NCBI GenBank assembly: GCA_963801165.1
Contig: CAWDDT010000013.1
Location: 239,209-303,208 of the forward strand
Reading direction: 5' to 3'
DNA length: 64,000 bases
Origin: an uncultured bacterium
GTDB taxonomy: Bacteria > Actinomycetota > Acidimicrobiia > Spongiisociales > UBA5794
The notes beneath the pieces are model-generated. The model was not told the DNA's origin. It did not search any database and saw only the letters and a list, made by a program, of their open reading frames with translations. Every line of letters begins with the position of its first letter. Within the stretch, counting starts at the first letter, position 1. This document shows, piece by piece, positions 20,770-30,519 of this stretch. Both the position numbers and the translations under genes were made by a program.

Positions 20770-23454
20770 TCAATCCCCTCCCGGAGTGAATCGCCAGTCG
20801 GCGTCTCCGTAGGCCACCAGCGCCATGGTCATCACATTGCTCTCACGCAGCATCGTGATACGCACCCGTTGCATGATCTCGCCAAATGTCGCTTCGCCTC
20901 TGGCTTGCCAGAGATGGCGAACGAACGCTTCGGCGATGCGAGCCATGTCCGGCCCGAGCACGTAGGTGAGAGTGCCGACGACCACCGCTGCTCCCTTGCA
21001 GCGGAAGCGCTGGATGAAGTCCTGGTACTGCACCTCGGAATTGGCCGTGTTGCAGCCGAACAGGAGCACTACCGGCCCGGGCGGCTGGTCCCTGGCGACC
21101 ACGTGTGGCTGCTCCAGCCGGATCAGGGCGAGATCCTGGTCGGCACCGATCTCCAGAGCATCCCAAGCCTGGGCGGTCTTCACTTTGTGTGGCAGGGCCA
21201 CGAGAAGCGCCGGATAGTGGCTGTCGACGAGACGCTGCCACTCCCGCCAGTCGTCGGCGACGTGGACGCGGGTCGCAGGATCGGTGGCTGCCGTGGCATC
21301 CCCGATGGCGGCCTTGATCCCGGCAACCGTGTCGTCGATCCGGGTCGGCTCGTCCTCGTTGACGAGCTTGGAGGCGGCAAAGATCACGTCTGGTGCCGCC
21401 GGCAAAGCCGCTCGGGCCGCGGATGACATGGGGGCGAGACAGTCGTTGTCCCGGCCCTCCCGCCCTTCGGCCCAGACACGCTGCTCCAGGTGACGGTTCA
21501 ACCCCCAGAACCCGGACGGGCAAACGAACGCGGTGTTCCCCTGTGCCTGACAGCCGTCGCATGCGCCGTCGGTGGTTTGGAGGAACCGTGGACAGAGCTG
21601 GGCATCATCGTCGGGTAGCCCGTAGTCGTAGAAGAACTCCACGGGCAGGTAGTCGGCCGACACGGGGCTGGAGACCGCGACCCGTTTCACGGCGCCGAGA
21701 TCGCCGGAGCCGATGAGGAGGTCGCGCAGCACCCAGCCGTGCTGTGCCAGCGTGATCAGCACCTGAAGCCCGCCGGCCTCGTTGAGCTTCGTCTCCAGTT
21801 GCTGGACCGCGGTGGCGGCGTCGAACAGGGTGGTGCGAAGCACCGCCACCTCCTGGTCGATGCCCGGAAGCTTCACGTCCCAGGGTTCCTCGCCACGTTG
21901 CCAGACTTTGACCACGTCACGTTCCTTCGTGAAGGACATGTCGAGGGCGGACTTGGCATCGAGGTCGGCGGTGCTGCCGTCGCCGCGCAGCAGACGGATG
22001 CCTTCGCCGGCGGGGTCCTCATCGTCAGGCGACACCGGTCCGGTGAGGGTGGCGGTCTGCAAGTGCAGACCGTGGCAGAACACGGTCACACTCGCCTCGA
22101 CATGGTCGATTCCCGCCGGGACGTCGACCGGGAATGTCGCGGTGTTGCTGTCGCCGACCTGCCCGAGCACCACTGTCTCGGTCTTCAGGCCCTCGAACAG
22201 CGACGGCGCTCTGAGGTCGATCGTCAGCTCGTGCTGGCGTTCCTCCGCGGGCAGCCTCCACTCGGGGAACGCAATCCCGGCACGGTTCCATTCGGCCGAG
22301 GTGCGTCCGATGCGCACCACGATGTCGTGGGGAGCACCGGGGCGGAAGGCGTTCTGCCGTCGCTGTGGCGTCCCCGAGCTGAGGTCGTTCACCTGGGTTT
22401 GGAGGTATCGAGGGCTGGCGGTGACCTCGCCGTCACCGTGTGGCCTCGTCGACCGTGTGGCGTTGGCCGCGGCGACCACCGGTTCGACATCGGCGAGGAC
22501 GTGGCGAGCGGCAGTAGCCGCTCCGCCTTCGGCCATCCAGGACAGGCCGTCGAGGCTGTGCAGTTCGTCGAAAGCGAGGTTCATCTCCTGGTGCTCGAGC
22601 CGGCCGCTCGCCCAGGCGTCCTCGACGGCACGACGCACCTCGGTGACGACTGCCGAGACTCGCGCCGAGTCGACGAACTCGGCATCGCCGATGAGCAGGT
22701 AGTCGGTGTCTGCGGCCGCCATGCCGAACGCCAGATCGGGCGGATGGTTGTGCGCCAGCCCGTCGAAGAAGCGCCAGGTGAACTCGTCACCGTTGTCCGG
22801 TCCGGTGGTCGCGGCTACCGCCGAAGCTTCGAACTGTGCGGCGACCTCCCTCAGATGCTCGAGCGTGATGAACTGGGGGTCGACGCCGTACAGCACGACC
22901 AGCGACGGACCGATGAATCGAGCGGCGTCTGCTGCTTGCGGGACCTGGACCACCGCGATGTCGCAGAGAGCGTATCGATCCGTGATGTCGGTGAGCTCGA
23001 TCAAGTCGGGGTGCCCGTAGGAGCCGAACCGGTCACGGAGCGGGTCGGACGGGATGGTGGCGACTCGCACCGGCCAATGCCACTGGCGCCGACCCGAACA
23101 TGTGTAGTCGGCCAGGAAAACCGAGCTGACGGCAGTGGCGCGGCGGAGTGCCTGGTACGGCGCAGTCCACTCCCCGCCATCGGTCAGCTCGAGCCGGGTG
23201 CGGATGGCCCGCCCGGTCTCGTCACCGGGGTAAGTGTGGGCAGCCGTCTGCCACGCCAGCGCGAGCGCGTCTGCGTCGCCCTGGTCCACGTCGAGCTCGC
23301 CGCCGAGACGGACCCGGGCGTACCCGGCCTCGAGATGACGTTTCAGGATCTCTACCGGCGGCTCGGGCAGATGGTGCAGCGGCAAAGGCGTGCCCGCTTC
23401 GTATTTCAGGACCCCGTATGCAGCCAGCGCGTCGGGGTTGTCCATCAGGTTCAT
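20770..23454 (-). CDS. Large protein with C-terminal CHAT (caspase-like) protease domain
   Basis: LPVEFFYD, FWGL, putative His (VALPH) and Cys (LFGCNT) dyad, GAAVVVGTL, GEIMQRVR...AYGDADW; central beta-sandwich. Confidence 0.72.
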   Translation of the reverse strand: MNLMDNPDALAAYGVLKYEAGTPLPLHHLPEPPVEILKRHLEAGYARVRLGGELDVDQGDADALALAWQTAAHTYPGDETGRAIRTRLELTDGGEWTAPYQALRRATAVSSVFLADYTCSGRRQWHWPVRVATIPSDPLRDRFGSYGHPDLIELTDITDRYALCDIAVVQVPQAADAARFIGPSLVVLYGVDPQFITLEHLREVAAQFEASAVAATTGPDNGDEFTWRFFDGLAHNHPPDLAFGMAAADTDYLLIGDAEFVDSARVSAVVTEVRRAVEDAWASGRLEHQEMNLAFDELHSLDGLSWMAEGGAATAARHVLADVEPVVAAANATRSTRPHGDGEVTASPRYLQTQVNDLSSGTPQRRQNAFRPGAPHDIVVRIGRTSAEWNRAGIAFPEWRLPAEERQHELTIDLRAPSLFEGLKTETVVLGQVGDSNTATFPVDVPAGIDHVEASVTVFCHGLHLQTATLTGPVSPDDEDPAGEGIRLLRGDGSTADLDAKSALDMSFTKERDVVKVWQRGEEPWDVKLPGIDQEVAVLRTTLFDAATAVQQLETKLNEAGGLQVLITLAQHGWVLRDLLIGSGDLGAVKRVAVSSPVSADYLPVEFFYDYGLPDDDAQLCPRFLQTTDGACDGCQAQGNTAFVCPSGFWGLNRHLEQRVWAEGREGRDNDCLAPMSSAARAALPAAPDVIFAASKLVNEDEPTRIDDTVAGIKAAIGDATAATDPATRVHVADDWREWQRLVDSHYPALLVALPHKVKTAQAWDALEIGADQDLALIRLEQPHVVARDQPPGPVVLLFGCNTANSEVQYQDFIQRFRCKGAAVVVGTLTYVLGPDMARIAEAFVRHLWQARGEATFGEIMQRVRITMLRESNVMTMALVAYGDADWRFTPGGD

Positions 23455-23735
23455 CGTGACACCCACAAGGTCGAGATTCCTTCCGTAAGCAGTTCCTGAT
23501 ATGCGTCTGCCACCTGGCCGGGGTTGCCCTCGAGCAGGCTGCGGCCGAACTTCTCGAGACCCGGATCGCCACCGAGCACCCCGCCGCCGGCGAGGATCGG
23601 GCCGATCCCCTCGTTGGAGACGACCTCCCGCGGAGGAATCCCGATGCCATCGCCGGACGGCCAGCCGGTCAGCTCGATGTCGAGGTCGCGAAACACCACG
23701 ATGTCGCTAGAGCCGTGTTGCTCGCTACCCGGCAT
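23451..23735 (-). CDS. Small hypothetical protein in patatin-CHAT operon (start could be 23810; could be CHAT N-terminus if an indel is present)
   Basis: Fills gap between patatin and CHAT genes; stop overlaps CHAT ATG (ATGA). Confidence 0.55.
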   Translation of the reverse strand: MPGSEQHGSSDIVVFRDLDIELTGWPSGDGIGIPPREVVSNEGIGPILAGGGVLGGDPGLEKFGRSLLEGNPGQVADAYQELLTEGISTLWVSR

Positions 23736-23806
23736 GTCGCTGTCACCCCGCGGCAATGTGTTGGCGTTCCGCTGCCCGGGGTGGTCCTCCTTCCCGGTTG
23801 GGCCGC

Positions 23807-25432
23807 TCAATCGAGACCAAAGAGGTTCTGCAGTTCGTTGCGTGTCGGGAACCGGGCGGTGCCGATCCCGTGGACGACGTAGAGGGCGACGAGCGTCAGC
23901 ACGGCGGAATGCTCGATGAGGTCGAGCACGGTATCGCTCTCGAGGGCGGATAGCACGGTACCTACCGTCCCATTTCTCTCGACGACCTGCGCCCAGCGGT
24001 CGGGAGGGCCGAGAACGTCGAGCGCTTCCCGTGCCCGGTCTCGTTGCTCGGCAATGGGGCTGTTCGTGAACTGGTTGCAGATCGCCACCGGCGAGGTGCC
24101 CATGTGGATGATGACGCCGATGGGTCCGGCACCGGACGTCTCCCCCGCCCGGAACGCGGCGACCACGCCACGCCGTCGCTGGGCGGTCGTGGCGTCGTAT
24201 TGGATGCCCTCGTCGCGGACGAGGCCCCGGATCTCACGCCAGACGTTGTTGGTGCGCCGCATCGTGGTCCAGCCGAGCGCCTTGCCGGCGTTGGAGACAA
24301 CCATGAAGTGGGCGGCGGGTTGCGAATCGCGCACCAGGTCGGATCGTTTGGCCCGGCGGGCGAAACCGAATGACCATTCCTCGCCCATGTTGTCGTAGAC
24401 GCCTCCGTCGGCGAGGACGATGCGCTGCACCGGTGTCGCCGGGGCATCGGCCGGGACGGTCCAGGGCCGGTCGAGTTGGACTGCGGGGACCAGCTCGGTC
24501 TCCTGCGGGGGGAAGCCACCGGGAAGGGAAGCGGAGGCCTGGACGGCCTGGGCGAGCGACATGGCGGGAGCTGCGATCTCCCCGAGCAGGAAGCCGTGCA
24601 TCAGCTTCGGGCTGAGATAGAAATGGTCGCCCGATTGCAGCTCACTGGCGCAGAAGACGTGGTGTACGGCCCGGTCGGCGAGATCCGAGAGCCTGGTGGG
24701 GCGGCTGTCGGTGGAGAAGAACATCCGGGCGAGGTTGTCCTCGACGATCCGGCCCCGGGCGGCGAACAATCCGAAGCCGATCCACCACAGCAGCCCGGAG
24801 ATGATGGCGATGAGCACCACGACCCGGGTTGCCTGCCACCCGTCGAGGGTAGTGCCCAGCCAGACGCCGAGACCGAGGATGGCGCCGGCAACGGCGGCGC
24901 CGATGGTCTGCAGAGCCAGCGGTTTCATGGCTACCGCGGCGCCACGTAGGCCCCGCCACAGAGCGAAGAGAAGAGCCGCGGCGGCGAATGCGATGATCGG
25001 GACGATGAAGGCGGCTGCGCCCCAGTCACGTCCGGCCGAGGTAAGGGCACCGGCGACGATCAGCGAGGTGATGAGAGCGGCGCCTGCGGTGGCGATAAGC
25101 GTCCCCAGGTAGCGCCGGGTGGGTTGCCCGGGGATCAGCCCGGGCCCGGTCATGTTGTCGATGCAGCCGCGGATGGCCGTCAGGTAGCGGTCCTCGGTGA
25201 CGGTGTTCAGGTCCTGGATCTCGTGGGCGACCACGCCGTTGGCCACCGATCCGCCGGAGACGCTGGCGACCGATGCAATCTGGATGTGGAGTGCGTCCTC
25301 CGCCGTGTGGTCGCGGGCTCGCAGCAGAGCGAACAGAGTGCCGAACCCCCAGCTGGTCGCCCGGTACCCGCCGCCCGACAGAGCGACGTCTACAAGAAGC
25401 GGGTCGGTATACAGCTCCTCCCGATCGCCCAT
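23807..25432 (-). CDS. Patatin-like phospholipase with ~4 inserted transmembrane helices
   Basis: ALSGGGYRA, SVSGGS nucleophile, DGGVYDN; hydrophobic block approx. aa 110-220. Confidence 0.88.
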   Translation of the reverse strand: MGDREELYTDPLLVDVALSGGGYRATSWGFGTLFALLRARDHTAEDALHIQIASVASVSGGSVANGVVAHEIQDLNTVTEDRYLTAIRGCIDNMTGPGLIPGQPTRRYLGTLIATAGAALITSLIVAGALTSAGRDWGAAAFIVPIIAFAAAALLFALWRGLRGAAVAMKPLALQTIGAAVAGAILGLGVWLGTTLDGWQATRVVVLIAIISGLLWWIGFGLFAARGRIVEDNLARMFFSTDSRPTRLSDLADRAVHHVFCASELQSGDHFYLSPKLMHGFLLGEIAAPAMSLAQAVQASASLPGGFPPQETELVPAVQLDRPWTVPADAPATPVQRIVLADGGVYDNMGEEWSFGFARRAKRSDLVRDSQPAAHFMVVSNAGKALGWTTMRRTNNVWREIRGLVRDEGIQYDATTAQRRRGVVAAFRAGETSGAGPIGVIIHMGTSPVAICNQFTNSPIAEQRDRAREALDVLGPPDRWAQVVERNGTVGTVLSALESDTVLDLIEHSAVLTLVALYVVHGIGTARFPTRNELQNLFGLD

Positions 25433-25742
25433 CGTTGCCCTCCCACAAGGCTCCGGATCCTCGTCCCGAGCCTACACGGAAGGCTTTCCAGGTGTCGGTC
25501 GGTGCGGGTCCGCTGCGACGGCCCGGTAGCGGCCCCCGTCTGACGGTGACCCCTCCCCCGGCCCTCTCCGTTTTCGAGAGGCCGGCGGCCAGTTTTGCGC
25601 AGGATCGTGCCGGACCTGACCGAAACGACCGGGACCGAGATTGCCGGCGGCTTTTCCTGCATCGGGGCAGAGACGCCGGCCCGAGCTACCGGGCGATGCG
25701 ACAGCGGGCCCCGGTACATATGCAGTGAGGCACCACCGGGGT

Positions 25743-26138
25743 TCAGGCGATACGGGTCACACCGGGGACGGCGTCGAAGCCGCGGTCGAAGGACAGGATG
25801 CGAGTGCAACCCAACCGGCGCATGGTGGCGACATGGATGGCGTCACGGGCAGACACGCCGACACCGGCGAGCACGAGGTCCCGGGCCGCCGTGACGTCGT
25901 CGATGTCGACGGGGGTGATCTGGTCGGTGATCGAGGTGAGCAGCTCCCAGGCAGGGGCGATGGCATCGCGACGGCTGATGGCGCTATAGCGGTGCAGGAT
26001 CTCCTGGAACACCTCGACGTCGGTCACCAGAGCGTCGCCGGCAACGATTGCTCGTTCCAGAAGCCGCTGCGAATCGGTCTTGTGCGGATGGTCGGCCCCC
26101 ACCAGGTACATCGGGATATTCGAGTCGACAAAGATCAC
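25743..26138 (-). CDS. vapC: PIN-domain VapC-type toxin
   Basis: IFVDSNI, EVFQEI, RDAIHVA, SFDRGFD. Confidence 0.9.
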   Translation of the reverse strand: MIFVDSNIPMYLVGADHPHKTDSQRLLERAIVAGDALVTDVEVFQEILHRYSAISRRDAIAPAWELLTSITDQITPVDIDDVTAARDLVLAGVGVSARDAIHVATMRRLGCTRILSFDRGFDAVPGVTRIA

Positions 26139-26380
26139 CGCAGGTATCCGGTTTCGATCTCGTCGAGCATCGGCTCAATGTCCGCTGTGGGGAAGTCGTG
26201 TTTGACGGCCGCTCGCACGGCGTCGATTTTGCCGTCCGCTTCGAGCAGGGACCGGTCGCGCCGCATCTTGCGCAGCGCTTGCCGCACCCATTCGCTGACG
26301 GTGACACCGGCGGAAGACGACACCAATTGCAGCTCCTCGTAGTCCTCGTCTGACATGATTACCTGAAGCCGCTTACTCAT
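26135..26380 (-). CDS. vapB: RHH/CopG-type antitoxin
   Basis: MSKRLQVIMSDEDY..VSEWVRQAL; 4-nt overlap with vapC. Confidence 0.85.
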   Translation of the reverse strand: MSKRLQVIMSDEDYEELQLVSSSAGVTVSEWVRQALRKMRRDRSLLEADGKIDAVRAAVKHDFPTADIEPMLDEIETGYLR

Positions 26381-26489
26381 ACTATGAGTATATCTGACTC
26401 ACCGCCACAGCATGGTGCGAACGACCCAGGCGACTCGGACTTCCCGGAGGACGCTCGTACGCGTCCGCTGCGAATCGACTACCGGGGCT

Positions 26490-27014
26490 CTATTCCCCAC
26501 CAGCCAGGGTGCGGTGGATGTCCTTCATGAGGAGGACGAGATGCATGGGATCGGTGGGAGAAGGCTCGAAGCCGGGAACGAGGTGTAGATAGAAGGCCCG
26601 GGCCTGATCGCTCTCGGCGTGGACGAGGAGTCCCCGACAGCCGATGTTGTGACCAAGCTCGGCGACCCTGGCGATGACATCTTGCAGCATCCCCGCACCC
26701 AGACCACGACACTCGTGATCGACATCGACGCCCAGACGGGCCAGCAACGCTATCGGCTGCGGATAGCGGCCGGCACCCTGGCGAAGACGGAGCGGAGCGC
26801 TCTCGATGGAGATGCTGGCCATGGCCCACCCGTAGTAGCCAACGACAAGCGGCGAGTCGCTCTCGGTGACGACGAGCACCCTGGCGGTGCCGGTCGCATG
26901 CGCTTGTCGAGCGTGGTCGCGGAGCCACGAGGTCTGCTCCGGCGAGCGACACTCGAACGCATCGAGCACGTCACCGGGCTGGAGCATCCGCGGCCGCAGG
27001 TAGCGGGCGGTCAC
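26490..27014 (-). CDS. GNAT acetyltransferase toxin (TacT/AtaT-like)
   Basis: FEC..WL, VVGYY, LLARLGVD..RGLGAGML, ARAFY. Confidence 0.88.
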   Translation of the reverse strand: MTARYLRPRMLQPGDVLDAFECRSPEQTSWLRDHARQAHATGTARVLVVTESDSPLVVGYYGWAMASISIESAPLRLRQGAGRYPQPIALLARLGVDVDHECRGLGAGMLQDVIARVAELGHNIGCRGLLVHAESDQARAFYLHLVPGFEPSPTDPMHLVLLMKDIHRTLAGGE

Positions 27015-27295
27015 TCGTCAACAAACGGTGACGGCCGTTCCAGCAACGTACGGAGCCCGGCCACATCACGCGGCGGCCGGTCGTTGATCGCTTCCCACGC
27101 TCTACGCCCCTCTTCACCGAGCACAAACTCGATGCGGTCGGCGAGAACCCGATGCGCAGCCACAGTGAGGTTGCTCATGACAAAACTGGTCAGGTCGGTG
27201 TTGAGCGCGGCCACGGCACGGTCGATCAATGCCCGATCCTCCGGTGTTGCCCGCACTTCGATCCGCTGGCTACGTGCTCGTTTCGTTGTTGTCAT
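27011..27295 (-). CDS. DUF1778-type RHH antitoxin
   Basis: RIEVRATPEDRALIDRAVA...LTSFV; overlaps GNAT start. Confidence 0.85.
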   Translation of the reverse strand: MTTTKRARSQRIEVRATPEDRALIDRAVAALNTDLTSFVMSNLTVAAHRVLADRIEFVLGEEGRRAWEAINDRPPRDVAGLRTLLERPSPFVDE

Positions 27296-27360
27296 GGCTC
27301 CACCCGAGAATGTACGGCCACTGTACGGCCAATTTGTCACGATGTCAACGGATTGCCGCG

Positions 27361-27733
27361 TCATCTGGCCCGTATCCTGCCGTCCCTGATCTCCAGGACC
27401 TGACCCGGCGTGAACCCGGCGGCCAGACGCAGCTGCTCACCGGCCAGCTCCGCCACCCAACCGTCGTCGTCATCGTCCCCGAGAAAACCCTGACGTCTGA
27501 TCGCGTCGCGGAACACCCCGACATAGCTCCTGGTGTCGAGCCCGGGATTGTCGATGACCGCAAAGGTGGTAGTTGCCTTCGAGCTGGCCAAACCGGCCAT
27601 AGCGCGGTCACAGCCACAGTCGGGACAGTCGCAGCGATCGAAAGGCAGGCGCACCAACTCGCCATCGACCGTCCAACTGAAGTCGCCCGGACGCTTCCTG
27701 GCACCGGGGCCGGGCCGCTACAAAGACCTTCAT
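27361..27733 (-). pseudogene. Second copy of the Cys-rich hypothetical gene, frameshifted near the 5' end
   Basis: Near-identical to 13864-14235 with indels around 27680-27720. Confidence 0.7.
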
Positions 27734-28013
27734 CGAATCCTCCTCGTGATGGGTAATGCCAAGGTACGGACCGGTAATGACACGTTTCGGCGCGGTGTGG
27801 GGCCCGGCCATCAACCGGTAGCTGGTATGGCCCTCGGTTGGGGTTGGTCGGCCGGCCATGTCCGGAGCGAAGCCCCGACCGGTTCTGAGAGACCTTTTCC
27901 CGGGCACTCATGCAGTTCTCATCGACCACCCAGCGATCCTTGAGCACTCGGAGCCACGATCCTGTTGCGAGCATCGAGCCTCGCCAAGCCAACTTGCTCG
28001 ACTAGGGAGAACA

Positions 28014-28660
28014 ATGAACAAGAAAACGCAGAGACGATTGTTGGTCACGACGGCCCTCATTGCCGCCGTCCTGGCCATGTCCGGCATCGCCTATGCCGTC
28101 ACAACCGACACCACCCAGACAACGGCGATGACAGCGACCCAGTCCAGGGTGTCTTCCACCACCGCCGACGACCACGGGGCGGGCCACGGCCAAGGCCACG
28201 GGCAGGAAAACGGCGGCTCGGAGGAACCGTTGACCGGTGACCTGGCAACACAAGTTGCGTCCGCTGGCGAAGCTGCAGTACCCGGCGGCACCGTGGTACG
28301 AGTCGAGACCGACGCACAGGGTGCCGCCTACGAGGCACACATGACCGACGCCAACGGCAACCCGGTCACCGCTACCTTCGACGAGAACCTCAACGTGGTC
28401 GCCACTAACACCGGCGACTGCGGGGCAGGCCACGGCCAGGAAAACGGCGGCTTGGAGGAACCGTTGACCGCTGACCTGGCCACCAGGTCACGTCCGCGGG
28501 CGAAGCTGCAGTACCCGGCGGCACCGTGGTACGAGTCGAGACCGACGCACAGGGTGCCGCCTACGAGGCACACATGACCGACGCCAACGGCAACCCGGTC
28601 GTCGTCGCCTTCGACGAAAACCTCAACGTGCCCTCCACCGACCAGGGACACTGACCGCGT
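28014..28660 (+). CDS. Secreted protein with two PepSY-like repeats (second repeat frameshifted)
   Basis: Signal peptide; EEPLT.DLA...VPGGTVVRVETDAQGAAYEAHMTDANGNPV...FDENLNV repeated at DNA level (~28190-28400, ~28430-28630). Confidence 0.7.
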
Positions 28661-28729
28661 CGCACCATCTGATGGCCCCGCCGGGCTCAACACGACCGGC
28701 GGGGCCATCGGTTGTACCCGGCCGTGCAA

Positions 28730-28835
28730 GGGTCGAGGCTCACGGCGTCGGCGATCGTGATGGGGCCTTCGGTGAGCGTGAGCCGACACACCCCACCCGG
28801 ACACGACGTCCGCCCGGATGTCGAAGCCGATTCCT
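28730..28835 (-). pseudogene. Short fragment of a CSLREA-like/SLH paralog
   Basis: Encodes CPGGVCRLTLTEGPITIADAVSLD; similar to ~13045-13141. Confidence 0.65.
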
Positions 28836-28978
28836 TCCTTGACGGCTTGGCGCCGGGTGAGACGATCTGACCGGGGCGCCGGCCGTCTCCCGGTGCCACC
28901 GGTCCCCTGAACCGATGCGCCATGGGTAGGCTCGCACACCAAGAGGTTCTCTGACGACGGAGTGCCGGCGAGGGAGGC

Positions 28979-30016
28979 GTGATGATGAAGTTGTTGGTCG
29001 GTACCGAGAAGGGCGCATATCTTCTCGAGGAGTCGGGAAGCGATTGGGGGGTCACCGGGCCGATGTTCCCCGGCTGGAAGACGACCGCCTTTGGCGTGGC
29101 CCCGGACGGGACGAACCTGGCCGCAGTCGGGAGCAACTGGTTCGGAATCGGTGTTCAGCGCTCCGAGGACCTCGTCAACTGGTCGCAGACGGAGGCCCCG
29201 CCGGCATGGCCCGAGGACACCGACCGCAAGATGGAGCAGATCTGGACCTTCCACACTTCCGGTGACCGCCTCTGGGCGGGTGTCGCCCACGCCGGGTTGT
29301 TCGTCTCCGCCGACCAGGGTGTGACCTGGTCTCCGGTCGATGGTCTCAACGAGCATCGCACCCGGGCCGATTGGCAACCCGGCTTCGGTGGCCTGTGCGC
29401 CCACCGGGTCAACATCGACGGTGACGCCCAGTGGGTGTCGATCTCGGCGGTGGGTGTCTTCCGATCCGACGACGGCGGTGCCAGCTGGGTGCCGAAGAAC
29501 GACGGAGTGGACTCCGTCGGTCTTCCCGACGACGCCCCCCGCCCCGAGGTGGGGTATTGCGTCCATTGTGTCGCCCACGACCCCGCCGACCCCATGAAGA
29601 TCTGGCGCCAGGACCACAGCGGCGTGTATCGCACCGCCGACGGTGGCGACAACTGGGAGAAGATAGAGAACGGTCTGCCGGCCGGCTTCGGCTTTGTGAT
29701 GTGGCGCGACGACTCGAGCGGACGTTTGTTCACCGTCCCGCTCGCCGCCGATTCCAACCGGGTGCCTGTCGACGGCGAGTTGCGGGCCTACCGCTCCGAC
29801 GACGAAGGCGATTCGTGGCAGGTCGCCGGCACCGGATGGCACGACGCGCCGCAATTCACCGGTGTGCTGCGGGGAGCCTTCGACGGTGACGACCAGGGTG
29901 CGTTCTGCTTTGGCACCACCGGTGGGAAGCTGTGGCTGACGAGAGACAACGGTGACTCGTGGAATGAGCTGGAACCGTCATTCCCCCGCATCGGTGCGGT
30001 GCGCCTGATCCCATGA
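28979..30016 (+). CDS. BNR/Asp-box beta-propeller protein (copy 1)
   Basis: LLVGTEKG; repeated S.D.G..W Asp-boxes. Confidence 0.88.
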   Translation: MMMKLLVGTEKGAYLLEESGSDWGVTGPMFPGWKTTAFGVAPDGTNLAAVGSNWFGIGVQRSEDLVNWSQTEAPPAWPEDTDRKMEQIWTFHTSGDRLWAGVAHAGLFVSADQGVTWSPVDGLNEHRTRADWQPGFGGLCAHRVNIDGDAQWVSISAVGVFRSDDGGASWVPKNDGVDSVGLPDDAPRPEVGYCVHCVAHDPADPMKIWRQDHSGVYRTADGGDNWEKIENGLPAGFGFVMWRDDSSGRLFTVPLAADSNRVPVDGELRAYRSDDEGDSWQVAGTGWHDAPQFTGVLRGAFDGDDQGAFCFGTTGGKLWLTRDNGDSWNELEPSFPRIGAVRLIP

Positions 30017-30276
30017 CGGCCTCTCTCAGACTCACCCAGATGCTCGCCGAGACAGCGAACACACAGGTCACCCGCCGTGTCGCCGGATCCAGCGTGGCCG
30101 AGGTTCTGGGAGACCTGTTTGCCGGCGAGCCGGGGCTGCGAGGACACATCCTCGACGAGACGGGCGCAATCCGACCGCACGTCGCCGTGTTTGTCAACGG
30201 CACCCAGGCCCGCCTCGACACGCCGGTTCCCGAGAACGCCGACGTCTACGTACTCCACGCAGTGAGCGGAGGCTGA
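30013..30276 (+). CDS. MoaD/ThiS ubiquitin-like protein (copy 1)
   Basis: 87 aa, HVAVFVNG, C-terminal AVSGG. Confidence 0.9.
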   Translation: MTASLRLTQMLAETANTQVTRRVAGSSVAEVLGDLFAGEPGLRGHILDETGAIRPHVAVFVNGTQARLDTPVPENADVYVLHAVSGG

Positions 30277-30519
30277 GCAGGCGGTGCGCTTTTCCCACCT
30301 GACCTTGGGTCAGGTTCGAGATGCCCCGCAAATCGGGCCAGAGTGACGATGGCTTCAGCGAAGCGGTCAGTCGTGCGCGCACACGGCCCTCTCCGCCTTC
30401 CGTGCCGGCTGCGCCGCCACGCCGGCACCTCTCCCAGAGGGAGAGGGAATTCATCCTCCCTTCCGGAGGATCGACCGGCCAAAGGCAAGTCAGCTCAGCG
30501 TTGGTTGAGCATCGAGGTC

